NCBI RefSeq assembly: GCF_043950625.1
Contig: NZ_CP171007.1
Reading direction: 5' to 3' (one strand)
DNA length: 32,000 nt
DNA from: Alkanindiges sp. WGS2144
Lineage (GTDB): Bacteria; Pseudomonadota; Gammaproteobacteria; Pseudomonadales; Moraxellaceae
Shown here: positions 19,604 to 29,810 of the stretch, in pieces
Numbering within the stretch: position 1 is the first letter of the stretch
Layout of the letters: every line of letters starts with the position of its first letter
The notes under the pieces: model-generated
Told to the model about the DNA's origin: nothing
What the model saw: only the letters and a program-made list of their open reading frames with translations
Databases searched by the model: none
Made by a program: the position numbers and the translations under genes

Positions 19604-20536
19604 TTACAGCTTGCTCACCAGTTCTGGTACGATGGTGTTCAAATCACCCACTAACCAGTAATCAGCGATGGCATTGATTGGTGCTTCTTCGTCCTTGTTG
19701 ATAGCAACAATAACTTTAGAATCTTTCATACCAGCCAAATGCTGAATGGCTCCAGAAATACCAACTGCAATGTACAGGCTTGGTGCAACGATTTTACCAG
19801 TTTGACCAACTTGCAGGTCATTTGGAACAAAACCAGCGTCAACCGCAGCGCGGGAAGCACCCAGAGCAGCACCCAGCTTATCAGCTAGAGGTTCTAACAC
19901 TTTGTAGTAGTTCTCACCAGAACCTACACCACGACCACCAGATACCACAATTTTGGCAGAAGTCAGTTCAGGACGGTCAGACTTGGCCAGCTCTTCACCA
20001 ACAAAGCTAGAAACGCCAGCATCATCAACTTCGCTTACGCTTTCAACAGTTGCTGAACCACCTTCAGAAGCAGCAGCATCAAAGCCAGTACCGCGTACAG
20101 TAATCACTTTAATGGACTCGGAAGATTGAACCGTTGCAATAGCATTGCCAGCATAGATTGGACGTTTGAAAGTGTCTGGGCTATCAACAGCAATGATTTC
20201 AGAAATCATGCTGACATCCAGCAGTGCAGCAACACGTGGCAGAATGTTTTTGCCAGTGGTGGTGGCAGGCGCCAGAATGTGGCTATAGCCTTTGCCCAGG
20301 TCAGCAATTAACTTGCTTACGTTTTCAGCCAGTTGATGTGCATAAGCGGCATTATCAGCCAGCAATACCTTGCTCACACCAGCAATTTTAGCAGCCGCAT
20401 CAGCAGCAGCCTGTGCATTTTGGCCAGCAACCAGTACATGAATATCACCGCCAATTTGCTGGGCAGCAGTCACGGTGTTTAAGGTAGCAGACAGAATAGA
20501 ATTGTTGTCGTGTTCGGCGTAAACCAGAATACTCAT
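19604..20536 (-). CDS. etfA: Electron transfer flavoprotein subunit alpha
   Basis: 310 aa with a C-terminal FAD-binding block (PELYIAVGISGAIQH-like: PSLYIAVGISGAIQHLAGM). AAGGAA Shine-Dalgarno. Confidence 0.95.
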   Translation of the reverse strand: MSILVYAEHDNNSILSATLNTVTAAQQIGGDIHVLVAGQNAQAAADAAAKIAGVSKVLLADNAAYAHQLAENVSKLIADLGKGYSHILAPATTTGKNILPRVAALLDVSMISEIIAVDSPDTFKRPIYAGNAIATVQSSESIKVITVRGTGFDAAASEGGSATVESVSEVDDAGVSSFVGEELAKSDRPELTSAKIVVSGGRGVGSGENYYKVLEPLADKLGAALGASRAAVDAGFVPNDLQVGQTGKIVAPSLYIAVGISGAIQHLAGMKDSKVIVAINKDEEAPINAIADYWLVGDLNTIVPELVSKL

Positions 20537-20558
20537 CGTTTGAATTCCTTACCGAAAA

Positions 20559-21308
20559 TTAAATAACTTTAGCTTCGTTTTTAAGCTTTTCAACAAGCTC
20601 ATCAACGGACTTCACCTGAACACCAGCTTTACGATCAGCAGGAGATTCAACTTTTACGGTTTTCAACTTGGTGCCGGTAGCAACGCCATAGTCCACAGGA
20701 GTCTTGGTATCCAGTGGTTTTTTACGTGCCTTCATGATGTTAGGCAGCGCAGCATAACGTGGCTCGTTTAGACGCAAGTCAGTGGTGATGATTGCAGGCA
20801 GAGTCAGCTCAACAGTTTGCAAACCACCGTCAACTTCACGGGTAACCTGTACCTTACCGCCGTCTACTTTAACTTCAGACGCAAAAGTACCCTGACCGGC
20901 ATTCATCAGTGCAGCCAGCATCTGGCCTACCTGATTGCTATCATCATCAATAGCCTGCTTGCCCAGCAAGATCAGCTCAGGTTTTTCCTGCTCAACCACG
21001 CCTTTTAGAATCTTGGCAACTTCCAGCGCCCCAATTTCATCATCGGTTTGAACCAGAATACCGCGGTCAGCACCCAGTGCCAGGGCTGAGCGAATTTGTT
21101 CTTGTGCAGCTTGTGGTCCAATAGAAACAACCACGATCTCGGAAACCGCACCCTTTTCTTTTAAACGTACTGCTTCTTCAACAGCAATTTCACAAAATGG
21201 GTTAATAGACATTTTGACGTTAGTTAGATCAACCCCGGTCTGATCCGCTTTGACGCGAACCTTAACGTTGGCATCAACAACGCGTTTAACAGCAACAAGA
21301 GCCTTCAT
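20559..21308 (-). CDS. etfB: Electron transfer flavoprotein subunit beta
   Basis: [19 protein letters not shown] is the canonical EtfB N-terminus. ATG 21308 (GAGGA 6 nt upstream) is preferred over the track's start at 21353. Confidence 0.95.
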   Translation of the reverse strand: MKALVAVKRVVDANVKVRVKADQTGVDLTNVKMSINPFCEIAVEEAVRLKEKGAVSEIVVVSIGPQAAQEQIRSALALGADRGILVQTDDEIGALEVAKILKGVVEQEKPELILLGKQAIDDDSNQVGQMLAALMNAGQGTFASEVKVDGGKVQVTREVDGGLQTVELTLPAIITTDLRLNEPRYAALPNIMKARKKPLDTKTPVDYGVATGTKLKTVKVESPADRKAGVQVKSVDELVEKLKNEAKVI

Positions 21309-21646
21309 GGAATCCTCGGCTTTTTTAGCTAATAAAAGAAACGGAAGTGTCAAAACACCCCGATGTGGAAATGGTGCGTTATCTTGCTATGTGAGCGTAA
21401 ACAGGTCAAGTCACAAACGTCAGTCGGCTAAAAAAAAGCAGCAAATTAAGTAGTTTTTTGCACAAAATGACACAATTTTTAGGCAGGACGCCTATTTAAA
21501 CAAATTTTTACAGCACCGAATTTAAAATAGTTCATTTTTAAACTCCACATAGTTGACAATAGCTGTTGTCTAATTTAGCTTAGAAAAAGCTATTTCTTAT
21601 AGTATCTTTAATAGTTAGTTAACAGCTCTATGACGAAAAGGACATA

Positions 21647-22492
21647 ATGATGAACACCAGCGCTCCTCCCACTGTTGTTTCAGACATTAAAGTAAGGCGG
21701 CAGTCGTTTGATTTTGCCAGCACGCCTAAATATTATTTTAATAACAACCCTCTACTTTCTTATCTGCTCACTGCCCTGTCACTTACTTTTCCTAATGGCG
21801 AGCGCTTTTTTGTGCATAGCGTGCGCAATGTCCGTGCACAGGTTAAAAGTGAAGCACTACAAAAAGATGTCTCCGCTTTTATTGGTCAGGAGGCCATGCA
21901 CAGCCATGCGCATGAAGACTTCAACCACTTTATAGAAAGTCTGGGAATTGACATCCAGCCTATCCTGCAAAGCGAACATGAAAAAATTGAATATGCCAAA
22001 AGCAAGCTAGACCATAAGCAGCAACTGGCAGTAACCTGTGCACTGGAGCATTTTACTGCCATTATTGCCCAGTATCTGCTGGAGCATCCTGACTTTCACC
22101 AACAGTTAGACCCAAGCGTGGCGCAACTGTGGATGTGGCATGCACTGGAAGAAACAGAACATAAGGCAGTGGCTTTTGATGTCTATCAGGAAATCTTTGC
22201 AGATCAGGTTATCCGCAAGCGAATTATGCGCATTATTACCACAACATTTTTATCACGCATTAGTTATCTGACCTTTAAATTGCTGCTCAACGATCCAGTG
22301 GGCCGTAAGCAGTGGCGCCAGCATATTGCGGGATTTAAGCAGTTAAAGGATTTATTTACCAGTTTATTACCTGTTTATCTGGACTATTATCAGGATAATT
22401 TTCATCCCAACCAACACGACAGCACCCGTCTTACTACCCTGTGGCGCCAGCGTTTATTTGGTGAGAATCAGGTAAGCAGTACTATTCATTAA
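21647..22492 (+). CDS. Predicted metal-dependent hydrolase (PF10118-like)
   Basis: 281 aa. GERFFV, GQEAMHSHAHEDFN, and ALEETEHKAVAFDVY, which are the histidine/glutamate motifs of that family as I recall it. Confidence 0.7.
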   Translation: MMNTSAPPTVVSDIKVRRQSFDFASTPKYYFNNNPLLSYLLTALSLTFPNGERFFVHSVRNVRAQVKSEALQKDVSAFIGQEAMHSHAHEDFNHFIESLGIDIQPILQSEHEKIEYAKSKLDHKQQLAVTCALEHFTAIIAQYLLEHPDFHQQLDPSVAQLWMWHALEETEHKAVAFDVYQEIFADQVIRKRIMRIITTTFLSRISYLTFKLLLNDPVGRKQWRQHIAGFKQLKDLFTSLLPVYLDYYQDNFHPNQHDSTRLTTLWRQRLFGENQVSSTIH

Positions 22493-22504
22493 TCTTAGAA
22501 CCTA

Positions 22505-22536
22505 AAAAACCTGATTGGGTAGCCAGTCAGGTTTTT
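22505..22536. terminator. Bidirectional rho-independent terminator (hydrolase / CAP-domain gene)
   Basis: AAAAAACCTGATTGG-GTAG-CCAGTCAGGTTTTT between convergent genes. Confidence 0.75.
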
Positions 22537-22556
22537 GTGTATTTTCTATTCAAGGT

Positions 22557-23165
22557 TTATTGTCTGGTACCAAATTCCTGTGTCCAGTAAGTTTTATACT
22601 TTGATTGGCTATTACTGGCACAAGCCATACCGTACTCCTTAAAATCTACACTCATCATATTGGCACAATGCCCAGGACTTTTTAGCCAGGCCTCCATTAC
22701 CTCATCAATACTCTCTTGACCGGCTGCTATGTTCTCGCCTGTGTATCTATAGTTGTAACCTGCTGCCAGTGCCCTGTCACCAATATTGCTACCATCAAGA
22801 CCAGTGTGGGAAAAATAGTTATTCACTGCCATATCATCCGAATGCGCCTGTGCGGCTTTTGCCAGATTTTTATTCCAGGTAAGTTTGGCAGTCGCAGGAT
22901 AATGCGCTTCACCGCAATAGCGTGCTTTACTTCTAATAGCATTAACTTTATCTAGCAGCTGCTGAATAGAGGTATTTTCACCACACAGTGACAAGGGTGT
23001 TTCACCCGGGGTGGTCTCAACTGGCGGCGTATTTCCTTCAGGATTGTTATGGTTGCTGGTTGAACCCTGATAGTCGTCAGACCCTGAACTACCGCCACAA
23101 CCGCTACATAAAAAGCTAATCGTCATTATTGATAGTATGGTTTTTACATGCATCAGTTCTTTCAT
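22557..23165 (-). CDS. CAP/SCP (YkwD-like) domain lipoprotein
   Basis: Lipobox FLCSGC followed by a Gly/Ser/Pro-rich linker. CAP domain motifs (YFSHTG, GENIAAG, W..SPGHCANM). ATG 23165 (GAGG 6 nt upstream) is preferred over TTG 23177. Confidence 0.82.
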   Translation of the reverse strand: MKELMHVKTILSIMTISFLCSGCGGSSGSDDYQGSTSNHNNPEGNTPPVETTPGETPLSLCGENTSIQQLLDKVNAIRSKARYCGEAHYPATAKLTWNKNLAKAAQAHSDDMAVNNYFSHTGLDGSNIGDRALAAGYNYRYTGENIAAGQESIDEVMEAWLKSPGHCANMMSVDFKEYGMACASNSQSKYKTYWTQEFGTRQ

Positions 23166-23433
23166 TTTTAACCTCAATGCCCTGACAGGGACAGTTAAAT
23201 AACAAGAATACAGGCATTCACTCTCTGGCTAATGATGAGTTTTAGCGCCAAGCCCTGTAAAAGTCATTTAGGGTTATGTTACTCCTGATCGCTTCATGTT
23301 TAATCATGGCAGCGTATAGATCACTGCTTTGATAAAAGCTGCTTCATAAAATACGTTGATCCTATGCCGGACAGGGCATGCGATGGTGCAAATAGATTTT
23401 TACACAGCAATTTTTTTATCTAACTTTTTAGTG

Positions 23434-24417
23434 TTATTTTCTGGTTTTACGCCGTGCCCGTGGATGAGCATTGTCATATACCTTAGCCAAATGTTCAAAA
23501 TCCAGATGGGTATAGATTTGTGTGGTGCTAATATCTGCGTGGCCTAATAGCTCCTGCACCGCACGCAAATCACCACTGCTGGCCAGCAGATGTGAGGCAA
23601 AACAATGACGTAATAAATGCGGATGCAAATGCTGGCTGATTCCTGCTCGCGCTGCCTGTATGCCTACCCGGCGCTCAATTTGCCGGGCACTTAGTCTCTT
23701 GCCTGAACGCTCACTAATAAAAACAGCCGGTTCATCTGCGACTGCCCAGCAATGACGTAATTGCATCCAAACCTGCAAAGCCTCAATCGCCTTGCTACCC
23801 ACCGGAACTACCCGGGTTTTGTTACCTTTGCCCACTACAGTAACCAGCCCACGCGCCAGATCAAGCTGAGGCAGAGTGAGGTCAGCAAGCTCGGATAAGC
23901 GCAAGCCACTACTATAAAACAGCTCTAAAATCGCCTTGTCACGACACCACAGTTTGGCATCACGCGGTGTTTCAGGAGCCGCCTGATCCAGAATTTGCGG
24001 CATGATTTCCGCATCCAGCATGCCGGGTAATGGCCGGTTAGGCCGCTGAATTGCAAAATCCAGGGCAAAATTCTGCCTAATGATGCCCTGCTCAACCAGC
24101 CAGTCAGCAAAACTACGCACCGCAGACAACTCACGTTGCAGGCTACTGCTGGATATACGGTCAACCTCAATACGCTGGGCAGCAAACTGGCGCAAGGTAT
24201 GGTGATTAACCTGATGCAGTTCAATGTCTTTACACGACAGGAACACGGTAAACTGGAGCAAGTCGCGCTGATAGGCCCTGCGGGTATGGAAAGAAAAATT
24301 CAGGCGGCCAAGCGCACTTAACCATGCTTGTACCAAAGCCGGTAAGTCATGCCCGGAAGGAGGGGACTCTGCTAAATTCAACGCCGGCTGGGTCACAGCT
24401 CTATCCTTATCATACAA
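23434..24417 (-). CDS. xerC: Site-specific tyrosine recombinase XerC
   Basis: 327 aa. R..HxxR..Y catalytic set (GLRLSE, HLLRHCFASHLL, LLGHADISTTQIYTHL). Conserved position downstream of dapF. Confidence 0.9.
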   Translation of the reverse strand: MYDKDRAVTQPALNLAESPPSGHDLPALVQAWLSALGRLNFSFHTRRAYQRDLLQFTVFLSCKDIELHQVNHHTLRQFAAQRIEVDRISSSSLQRELSAVRSFADWLVEQGIIRQNFALDFAIQRPNRPLPGMLDAEIMPQILDQAAPETPRDAKLWCRDKAILELFYSSGLRLSELADLTLPQLDLARGLVTVVGKGNKTRVVPVGSKAIEALQVWMQLRHCWAVADEPAVFISERSGKRLSARQIERRVGIQAARAGISQHLHPHLLRHCFASHLLASSGDLRAVQELLGHADISTTQIYTHLDFEHLAKVYDNAHPRARRKTRK

Positions 24418-24432
24418 TACGTTAGCAAGCTC

Positions 24433-25296
24433 CTAATACTCACCACCCGCTTCTGGAATATAAAAATCCCCGGGATTAAAGCTGCCTTCAAAAGTAGTTG
24501 CTGTAGGCCCAGTCATCCAGACACTATCATTGGGCTGCCACTGAATAAATAAAGAGCCACCCGCCAGATAAACCTGAACCTCCGGGTCAAGTAAACCGCG
24601 CCGGATACCGCTCACTACTGCTGCACAGGCACCTGTCCCGCAGGCCAAGGTTTCCCCTACTCCACGCTCAAACACGCGCAGGCGGACTTCTTTACGATTG
24701 ACAATTTGCATAAAGCCCACATTCACCCGCTCTGGAAAGCGGGCGTGCGACTCTAGTGCCGCACCCAGCGTAGCTACCGGAGCTGTCAGTACATCATCCA
24801 CCAGCAATACCGCATGTGGATTACCCATATTGACCACATCAAGCTCAATGCTTTGATCCAGCACTTCAACAGAATAAACGGCTTGTGGCTGATCAGCAAC
24901 AAAGGGAATCTGCTCGGGCAAAAACTGTGGCTCACTCATATTGACGCATACCCAGCCCTGATGATTGATTTGCGGCTCTACCACGCCGTTTTTGGTCTGC
25001 ACACGAATTCTGGTTTTTCTGGTCAGATGGCGCTCATGCACAAAGCGGGCAAAGCAGCGTACGCCATTACCACATTGCTCGACTTCTGAACCATCAGCAT
25101 TAAAAATGCGATATTTGAAGTCAACATCAGGATATTCAGGTGGTTCAACAATCAATAACTGGTCAAAACCCACACCAAAATTACGATGAGCCAGACGGCG
25201 GATTAATTCTGGATGCAACGACATACGCTGGGTAACCAGATCAATCACCATAAAGTCATTGCCCAGCCCGTGCATTTTACTAAATTGAATCCGCAT
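24433..25296 (-). CDS. dapF: Diaminopimelate epimerase
   Basis: [19 protein letters not shown], plus both catalytic Cys contexts ([18 protein letters not shown]). Confidence 0.96.
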   Translation of the reverse strand: MRIQFSKMHGLGNDFMVIDLVTQRMSLHPELIRRLAHRNFGVGFDQLLIVEPPEYPDVDFKYRIFNADGSEVEQCGNGVRCFARFVHERHLTRKTRIRVQTKNGVVEPQINHQGWVCVNMSEPQFLPEQIPFVADQPQAVYSVEVLDQSIELDVVNMGNPHAVLLVDDVLTAPVATLGAALESHARFPERVNVGFMQIVNRKEVRLRVFERGVGETLACGTGACAAVVSGIRRGLLDPEVQVYLAGGSLFIQWQPNDSVWMTGPTATTFEGSFNPGDFYIPEAGGEY

Positions 25297-25360
25297 TTTT
25301 TGCTAATCTCACCTAAAACTCAAAAACACCACCAAACCACTCAAAGCCTGGCTTCCTTAC

Positions 25361-26617
25361 TTATCCACGCTTATCAGGCAGGTGACTTTCCAGTTGCCAC
25401 AAGTCTTGCAGGGCCTCTCGCTGACGCACTACATGCATCTGACTGCCATCGACCATCACTTCAGCTGCACGTGGACGAGTGTTGTAATTACTACTCATGA
25501 CAAAACCATAAGCCCCGGCACCCAGTACCGCCAGCACATCACCTTCCTGCAGGGATAGGTCACGCTCCTTACCCAAAAAATCCCCTGTTTCACAAATGGA
25601 ACCGACCAGATCCCACTGCTTTATCTCGTGCTGCCTTGGGGTATTAACCGGCACAATATTCATCCAGGCCTGATACAGTGATGGCCGGATCAGATCATTC
25701 ATGGCCGCATCAATCACTGCAAAGTTACGGTGCGAGGTTGGTTTTAATAAATCCACCGTGGTCAGCAGCACACCCGCATTGGCACTAATGGCTCGGCCTG
25801 GCTCCATATATACTTTCAAACCTAACTTGCTTAAAGCCGGTTTTAAGCTCTGCGCGTATTCAGCAGGCGTGGGTGGGGTTTCATCCTTATAACGCACCCC
25901 CAAGCCGCCGCCAATATCCACGTGCTTTAGGGTAATTCCCAGCGCTTTGAGCTGCTCAATCATCTGGATAATTTTGTCCAGTGCATCCACAAAAGGCTGC
26001 GTGCTAGTCAGCTGCGAACCAATATGGCAGTCAATACCCACCACATCCAGACCTTTTAGACTGGCTGCATATTGATAAGTATCAAACACAGTATCACTTG
26101 GTACGCCAAATTTATTTTCTTTTAACCCGGTTGAAATATATGGATGGGTTTGCGCATCCACATCCGGGTTGACCCGCAAAGATACCGGGGCTTTTTTACC
26201 CACACGTTGCGCCACGCGATCAATACGGGCAAGCTCGGCATAAGACTCCACATTAAAGCAGGCAATCCCTACCTCAAGTGCCTGTTCAATTTCACTTTCT
26301 GTTTTGCCAAGGCCAGAAAATACTACCTTGGCCGGATTACCACCCGCAGCCAGTACCCGCGCCAGCTCACCGCCGCTCACAATATCAAAGCCGGCACCCA
26401 GACGGGCCAGTACATTCAGCACGCCAATATTGGAGTTGGATTTCACTGCAAAGCACACCTGATGATCAATAAAATCAAAGGCGTTATCAAAGGCTTTATA
26501 GTTATTTTCCAGGGCTGCCCGTGAATACACATACAAGGGAGTGCCATGTACTTTTGCCACTTCGGCCAGTGACACCTGTTCGGCGTGTAACACGCCATCA
26601 ATACGCTCAAAACTCAT
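25361..26617 (-). CDS. lysA: Diaminopimelate decarboxylase
   Basis: 418 aa. PLP-lysine context FAVKSN, DIGGGLGV, and CETGD. Confidence 0.95.
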   Translation of the reverse strand: MSFERIDGVLHAEQVSLAEVAKVHGTPLYVYSRAALENNYKAFDNAFDFIDHQVCFAVKSNSNIGVLNVLARLGAGFDIVSGGELARVLAAGGNPAKVVFSGLGKTESEIEQALEVGIACFNVESYAELARIDRVAQRVGKKAPVSLRVNPDVDAQTHPYISTGLKENKFGVPSDTVFDTYQYAASLKGLDVVGIDCHIGSQLTSTQPFVDALDKIIQMIEQLKALGITLKHVDIGGGLGVRYKDETPPTPAEYAQSLKPALSKLGLKVYMEPGRAISANAGVLLTTVDLLKPTSHRNFAVIDAAMNDLIRPSLYQAWMNIVPVNTPRQHEIKQWDLVGSICETGDFLGKERDLSLQEGDVLAVLGAGAYGFVMSSNYNTRPRAAEVMVDGSQMHVVRQREALQDLWQLESHLPDKRG

Positions 26618-26640
26618 GAAATAACCTGCTGGATTTAAAA

Positions 26641-26871
26641 TTAATTGGCAAGATCAGGCTGAGCAGTTGGCTGCTCAATAAAATCGGTTTGCACAGCGGG
26701 TTCAGGCTCGCCGTTGGCTTTTTTGGGTTTAATTAAATAAATGGCCTTGTTGTCGGTGGCACTTTGCTCAGTTGGCAATACCAGCGGGCCTTTTTGTCCA
26801 CAGGCAACCAGGCCAGGTATGCCAAGGCACAGCAATAAGGCTTTACATGGTATGCGTCGGTCTGTGCGCAT
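26641..26871 (-). CDS. lptM: Small lipoprotein LptM (YifL-like)
   Basis: 76 aa from ATG 26871. Lipobox LVACGQKGPLVLP matches the YifL/LptM CG.KGPL motif. It has the conserved position upstream of lysA/dapF. The track start at 26931 is an extension. Confidence 0.7.
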   Translation of the reverse strand: MRTDRRIPCKALLLCLGIPGLVACGQKGPLVLPTEQSATDNKAIYLIKPKKANGEPEPAVQTDFIEQPTAQPDLAN

Positions 26872-27241
26872 GGTTTTTCCTAAATATAATTTCAAAACTA
26901 GGCCATAGTATAACTTAAGCCACGCCTGCAAAAGAGGGTTTTTGCCAATGGATAAACGTTAATGATCGCTCAACATACCCGTTAAGCATTAAGACATCAT
27001 TTGCACAAAATAACCAAACTTACAAAGCCTAATTGCTAACGCTCATTTTCATCACTGAACTTGTGTACTGATTCTTTTAAAACTAATGACAGCATCAACT
27101 GGGTTCGAGCGGATTTTATTTCTAATTTAATACTAACTGCCTGCTGATAGCTGCTTTAAATACGGATTTTTAAGCACACCGTCTCAAGCACAAGTTTTAA
27201 CATGATTAAATGACACACTTTTCAGGTAAAGGAGCTATACC

Positions 27242-28774
27242 ATGGCCGTTTCCACCAACGCGACAGTCTCCCTGTGGCAAGACCTTCAACCTGCTATAGT
27301 GGCTGATGGCCAGCTGGCACCGGATATGACTACCGATATATGCATTATTGGAGCAGGTATCAGTGGCATGTCGGTTGCCTATATGCTCAGTCAGGCGGGC
27401 AAGCGCGTGGTCGTACTGGATGACAGCGGCATTGGTGGCACCATGACCTCACATACTACCGCGCATGTGTTTAGTGCACTGGATGATCGTTTTTATAAAC
27501 TGGAGCGCCTGTTTGGCGAAACCGGAGCCAGGCTGGCTGCGCAAAGCCATAGCCGGGCAGTTGATAAAATTGAAGAAATTGTATTGCACGAAAATATTGA
27601 TTGTGACTTCAAGCGGGTTGATGGCTATTTATTTTCGCATACCTTTAAAGATGATGAGGCGCTGGATAAGGAACTGGCCGCAGCACAACGAGCCGGTATG
27701 GTGGATGTTAAAAAAGTAGCCTATCCACCGCAACAGCCACAATTAGGACCTGCGCTGCATTTTCCACGTCAAGGTCAGTTTCAGCCTCTGGCTTATGTGG
27801 CCGGTCTGGCCAAAGCGATACAGGCCAAAGGTGGCTTGTTGTATGACGCAACCCATGTCGATAGCATCAATGATGATGACAATCAGCCTTATATCGTGAC
27901 TTCACACGGCGGTACCATTAAAGCCAGCAAAATTGTAGTTGCAACCAATAGCCCAATCCATAGCGTAGATTTTGCTGTTAAACAGGCGCAATACATGACC
28001 TACGCCATTGGTATGCGCATCAACCCTGATGACTATACCCCTGCCCTGTACTGGGATACCGACACACCCGGCTATCATTATGTGCGTAGCGCATCTAGCG
28101 GTGAGGGTCGGGATGATATTTTAATTATTGGTGGTGAAGACCATAAAACCGGACAGGATTCTGAGCCACTCAAACATTTTGATGCCTTGCGTTACTGGGC
28201 AAAACAACATCTGCCTTTTGTGCAGCAAACTGTATATGAGTGGTCGGGTGAGTATATCGAACCTATGGATTCACTGGCCTATATTGGCTTAACACCACGG
28301 CAAAAGTCGGTGTATATGGTAACCGGCGACTCCGGGCAAGGCCTGACTCATGGCACCATTGCTGGCATGTTAATTACCGATTTGATTTTGGGTCGTAATA
28401 ATCCCTGGGCGGAACTCTATGACCCGGCACGCTTTAATTTTAGTTTATCGGCGCTGGGCAGCATGCTTAAAGAAGACATCAATGCCAATTTGCAATACGC
28501 AGACTATTTGCGCCCTACCACGGTAAAATCTGCCGATGAACTGGTCAATGGTCAGGGTGCAGTGATTCAGGATGGTTTACGCAAAATTGCAGTATATAAA
28601 GATGAAGAAGGCCAGCTGCATCAATGCAGTGCGATCTGTACGCACTGGAAAGGCATTGTACACTGGAATGAAGCGGAGAAAACCTGGGATTGTCCAGTGC
28701 ACGGCTCACGCTTTAATGCGTGCGGCAAAGTGATTCAGGGGCCAGCCAATAAGGATCTGGACTCCATTAAGTAA
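27242..28774 (+). CDS. FAD-dependent oxidoreductase (DAO-like) fused to a C-terminal Rieske [2Fe-2S] domain
   Basis: 510 aa. Dinucleotide fold ICIIGAGISG. C-terminal Rieske ligands C-T-H (CSAICTHWKG) and C-P-V-H (WDCPVHGSRF). AAAGGAG Shine-Dalgarno. Confidence 0.85.
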   Translation: MAVSTNATVSLWQDLQPAIVADGQLAPDMTTDICIIGAGISGMSVAYMLSQAGKRVVVLDDSGIGGTMTSHTTAHVFSALDDRFYKLERLFGETGARLAAQSHSRAVDKIEEIVLHENIDCDFKRVDGYLFSHTFKDDEALDKELAAAQRAGMVDVKKVAYPPQQPQLGPALHFPRQGQFQPLAYVAGLAKAIQAKGGLLYDATHVDSINDDDNQPYIVTSHGGTIKASKIVVATNSPIHSVDFAVKQAQYMTYAIGMRINPDDYTPALYWDTDTPGYHYVRSASSGEGRDDILIIGGEDHKTGQDSEPLKHFDALRYWAKQHLPFVQQTVYEWSGEYIEPMDSLAYIGLTPRQKSVYMVTGDSGQGLTHGTIAGMLITDLILGRNNPWAELYDPARFNFSLSALGSMLKEDINANLQYADYLRPTTVKSADELVNGQGAVIQDGLRKIAVYKDEEGQLHQCSAICTHWKGIVHWNEAEKTWDCPVHGSRFNACGKVIQGPANKDLDSIK

Positions 28775-28793
28775 AACTAGCGAATCAACCCTA

Positions 28794-28823
28794 AAGCCAG
28801 TCATGTCAATTGCTGGCTTTTTT
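28794..28823 (+). terminator. Rho-independent terminator after the FAD/Rieske gene
   Basis: AAGCCAG-(12 nt)-CTGGCTT followed by TTTTTT. Confidence 0.6.
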
Positions 28824-28910
28824 ATATTCAGCCATATTAAACTGGATTTTCTGCTGCCTCATGCTATAACAATAAACCATAGTCATATGCCTAGAAAAAT
28901 AAGGACGATC

Positions 28911-29810
28911 ATGTTTAGAAAAGACCCTTCAACACCTAACAAATCCCTACTTGGTCGCTTGCTGAACCAGCCCGATCCCAGCTGGTATACGCCAGTTCAT
29001 AAAACAGCCACTAGCATACTTGAAATCAGCTATCTGGGTACTGCCGGTTTTGTGCTTAAAAGCGCCGGTCGAATAATTGTGTTGGATCCTTATGTAAGCC
29101 GTCCTTCCCTATGGACAACACTTACCCAGCCTTTAGTACCAGATGTTACCTTGGTTGAGCATTTAATCCCCGAAGCAGATGATGTATTGATCGGCCATGC
29201 CCACTATGACCATATTCTAGATGCACCGCAGCTATGCCGTAGTACCGGAGCCCGCCTGATTGGCTCTAGCGCAACCATGATGGTAGGTCGCGCAGCGGGA
29301 CTGCCCGAAGTGCAACTACGGGAAACCCAGGGGCGTGAAGATATTGAATGCGGCAGCTGGCAGGTACGTGGATTACCGTCTTTACACGGAAAGGCCGCGT
29401 TTGGCCGTGTTCCTCTACCGGGCGATATGACAGCCCCGCCACCATGGCCACCGCGTTTTTACCAGCTAAAGCATGGGTTGGTATTAAACTGGCTAGTGGA
29501 TACAGGCGCATTAAAAGTGGTGCATATTGATTCTGCTGATTTTATTGAAGAAGAACTAGCAGGCATACAGGCAGATATAGTCTGTCTGTGCGCAATTGGA
29601 CGGCAGTATCGCCCTGACTATGTGAAGGATGTGGTACGCTTGCTGAATCCCAAATGGATCATCCCCTGTCATTGGGACACCATGATGACACCCATTCATG
29701 ATATGCCTGACTTACTGCCCCAGGTTGATATGCCGGGCATGATTGAAGAAATTCACTCAGCAGGTTGTGAGCCAGTGGTTATGCCTATTCTGGGTAAGGC
29801 ATGGTTTTGA
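28911..29810 (+). CDS. MBL-fold metallo-hydrolase (Lactamase_B_3/UlaG-like)
   Basis: HxHxDH motif in LIGHAHYDHILD, with beta-lactamase-fold strand patterns. ATG 28911 (AAGGAC 5 nt upstream) is preferred over the track start at 28803. The stop TGA at 29808-29810 directly abuts the first CRISPR repeat. Confidence 0.8.
   Translation: MFRKDPSTPNKSLLGRLLNQPDPSWYTPVHKTATSILEISYLGTAGFVLKSAGRIIVLDPYVSRPSLWTTLTQPLVPDVTLVEHLIPEADDVLIGHAHYDHILDAPQLCRSTGARLIGSSATMMVGRAAGLPEVQLRETQGREDIECGSWQVRGLPSLHGKAAFGRVPLPGDMTAPPPWPPRFYQLKHGLVLNWLVDTGALKVVHIDSADFIEEELAGIQADIVCLCAIGRQYRPDYVKDVVRLLNPKWIIPCHWDTMMTPIHDMPDLLPQVDMPGMIEEIHSAGCEPVVMPILGKAWF

Noticed and set aside
27117-27152. Repeat-like fragment TTTCTAA...TAACTGCCTGCTGATAGCTGC upstream of the FAD/Rieske gene, which could be a relic CRISPR repeat or leader
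   Set aside because: Only TTTCTAA and (TAA)CTGCCT match, they are separated by an 11-nt gap, the hairpin's second arm is absent, and there is no periodicity. This is within chance for short AT-rich strings.
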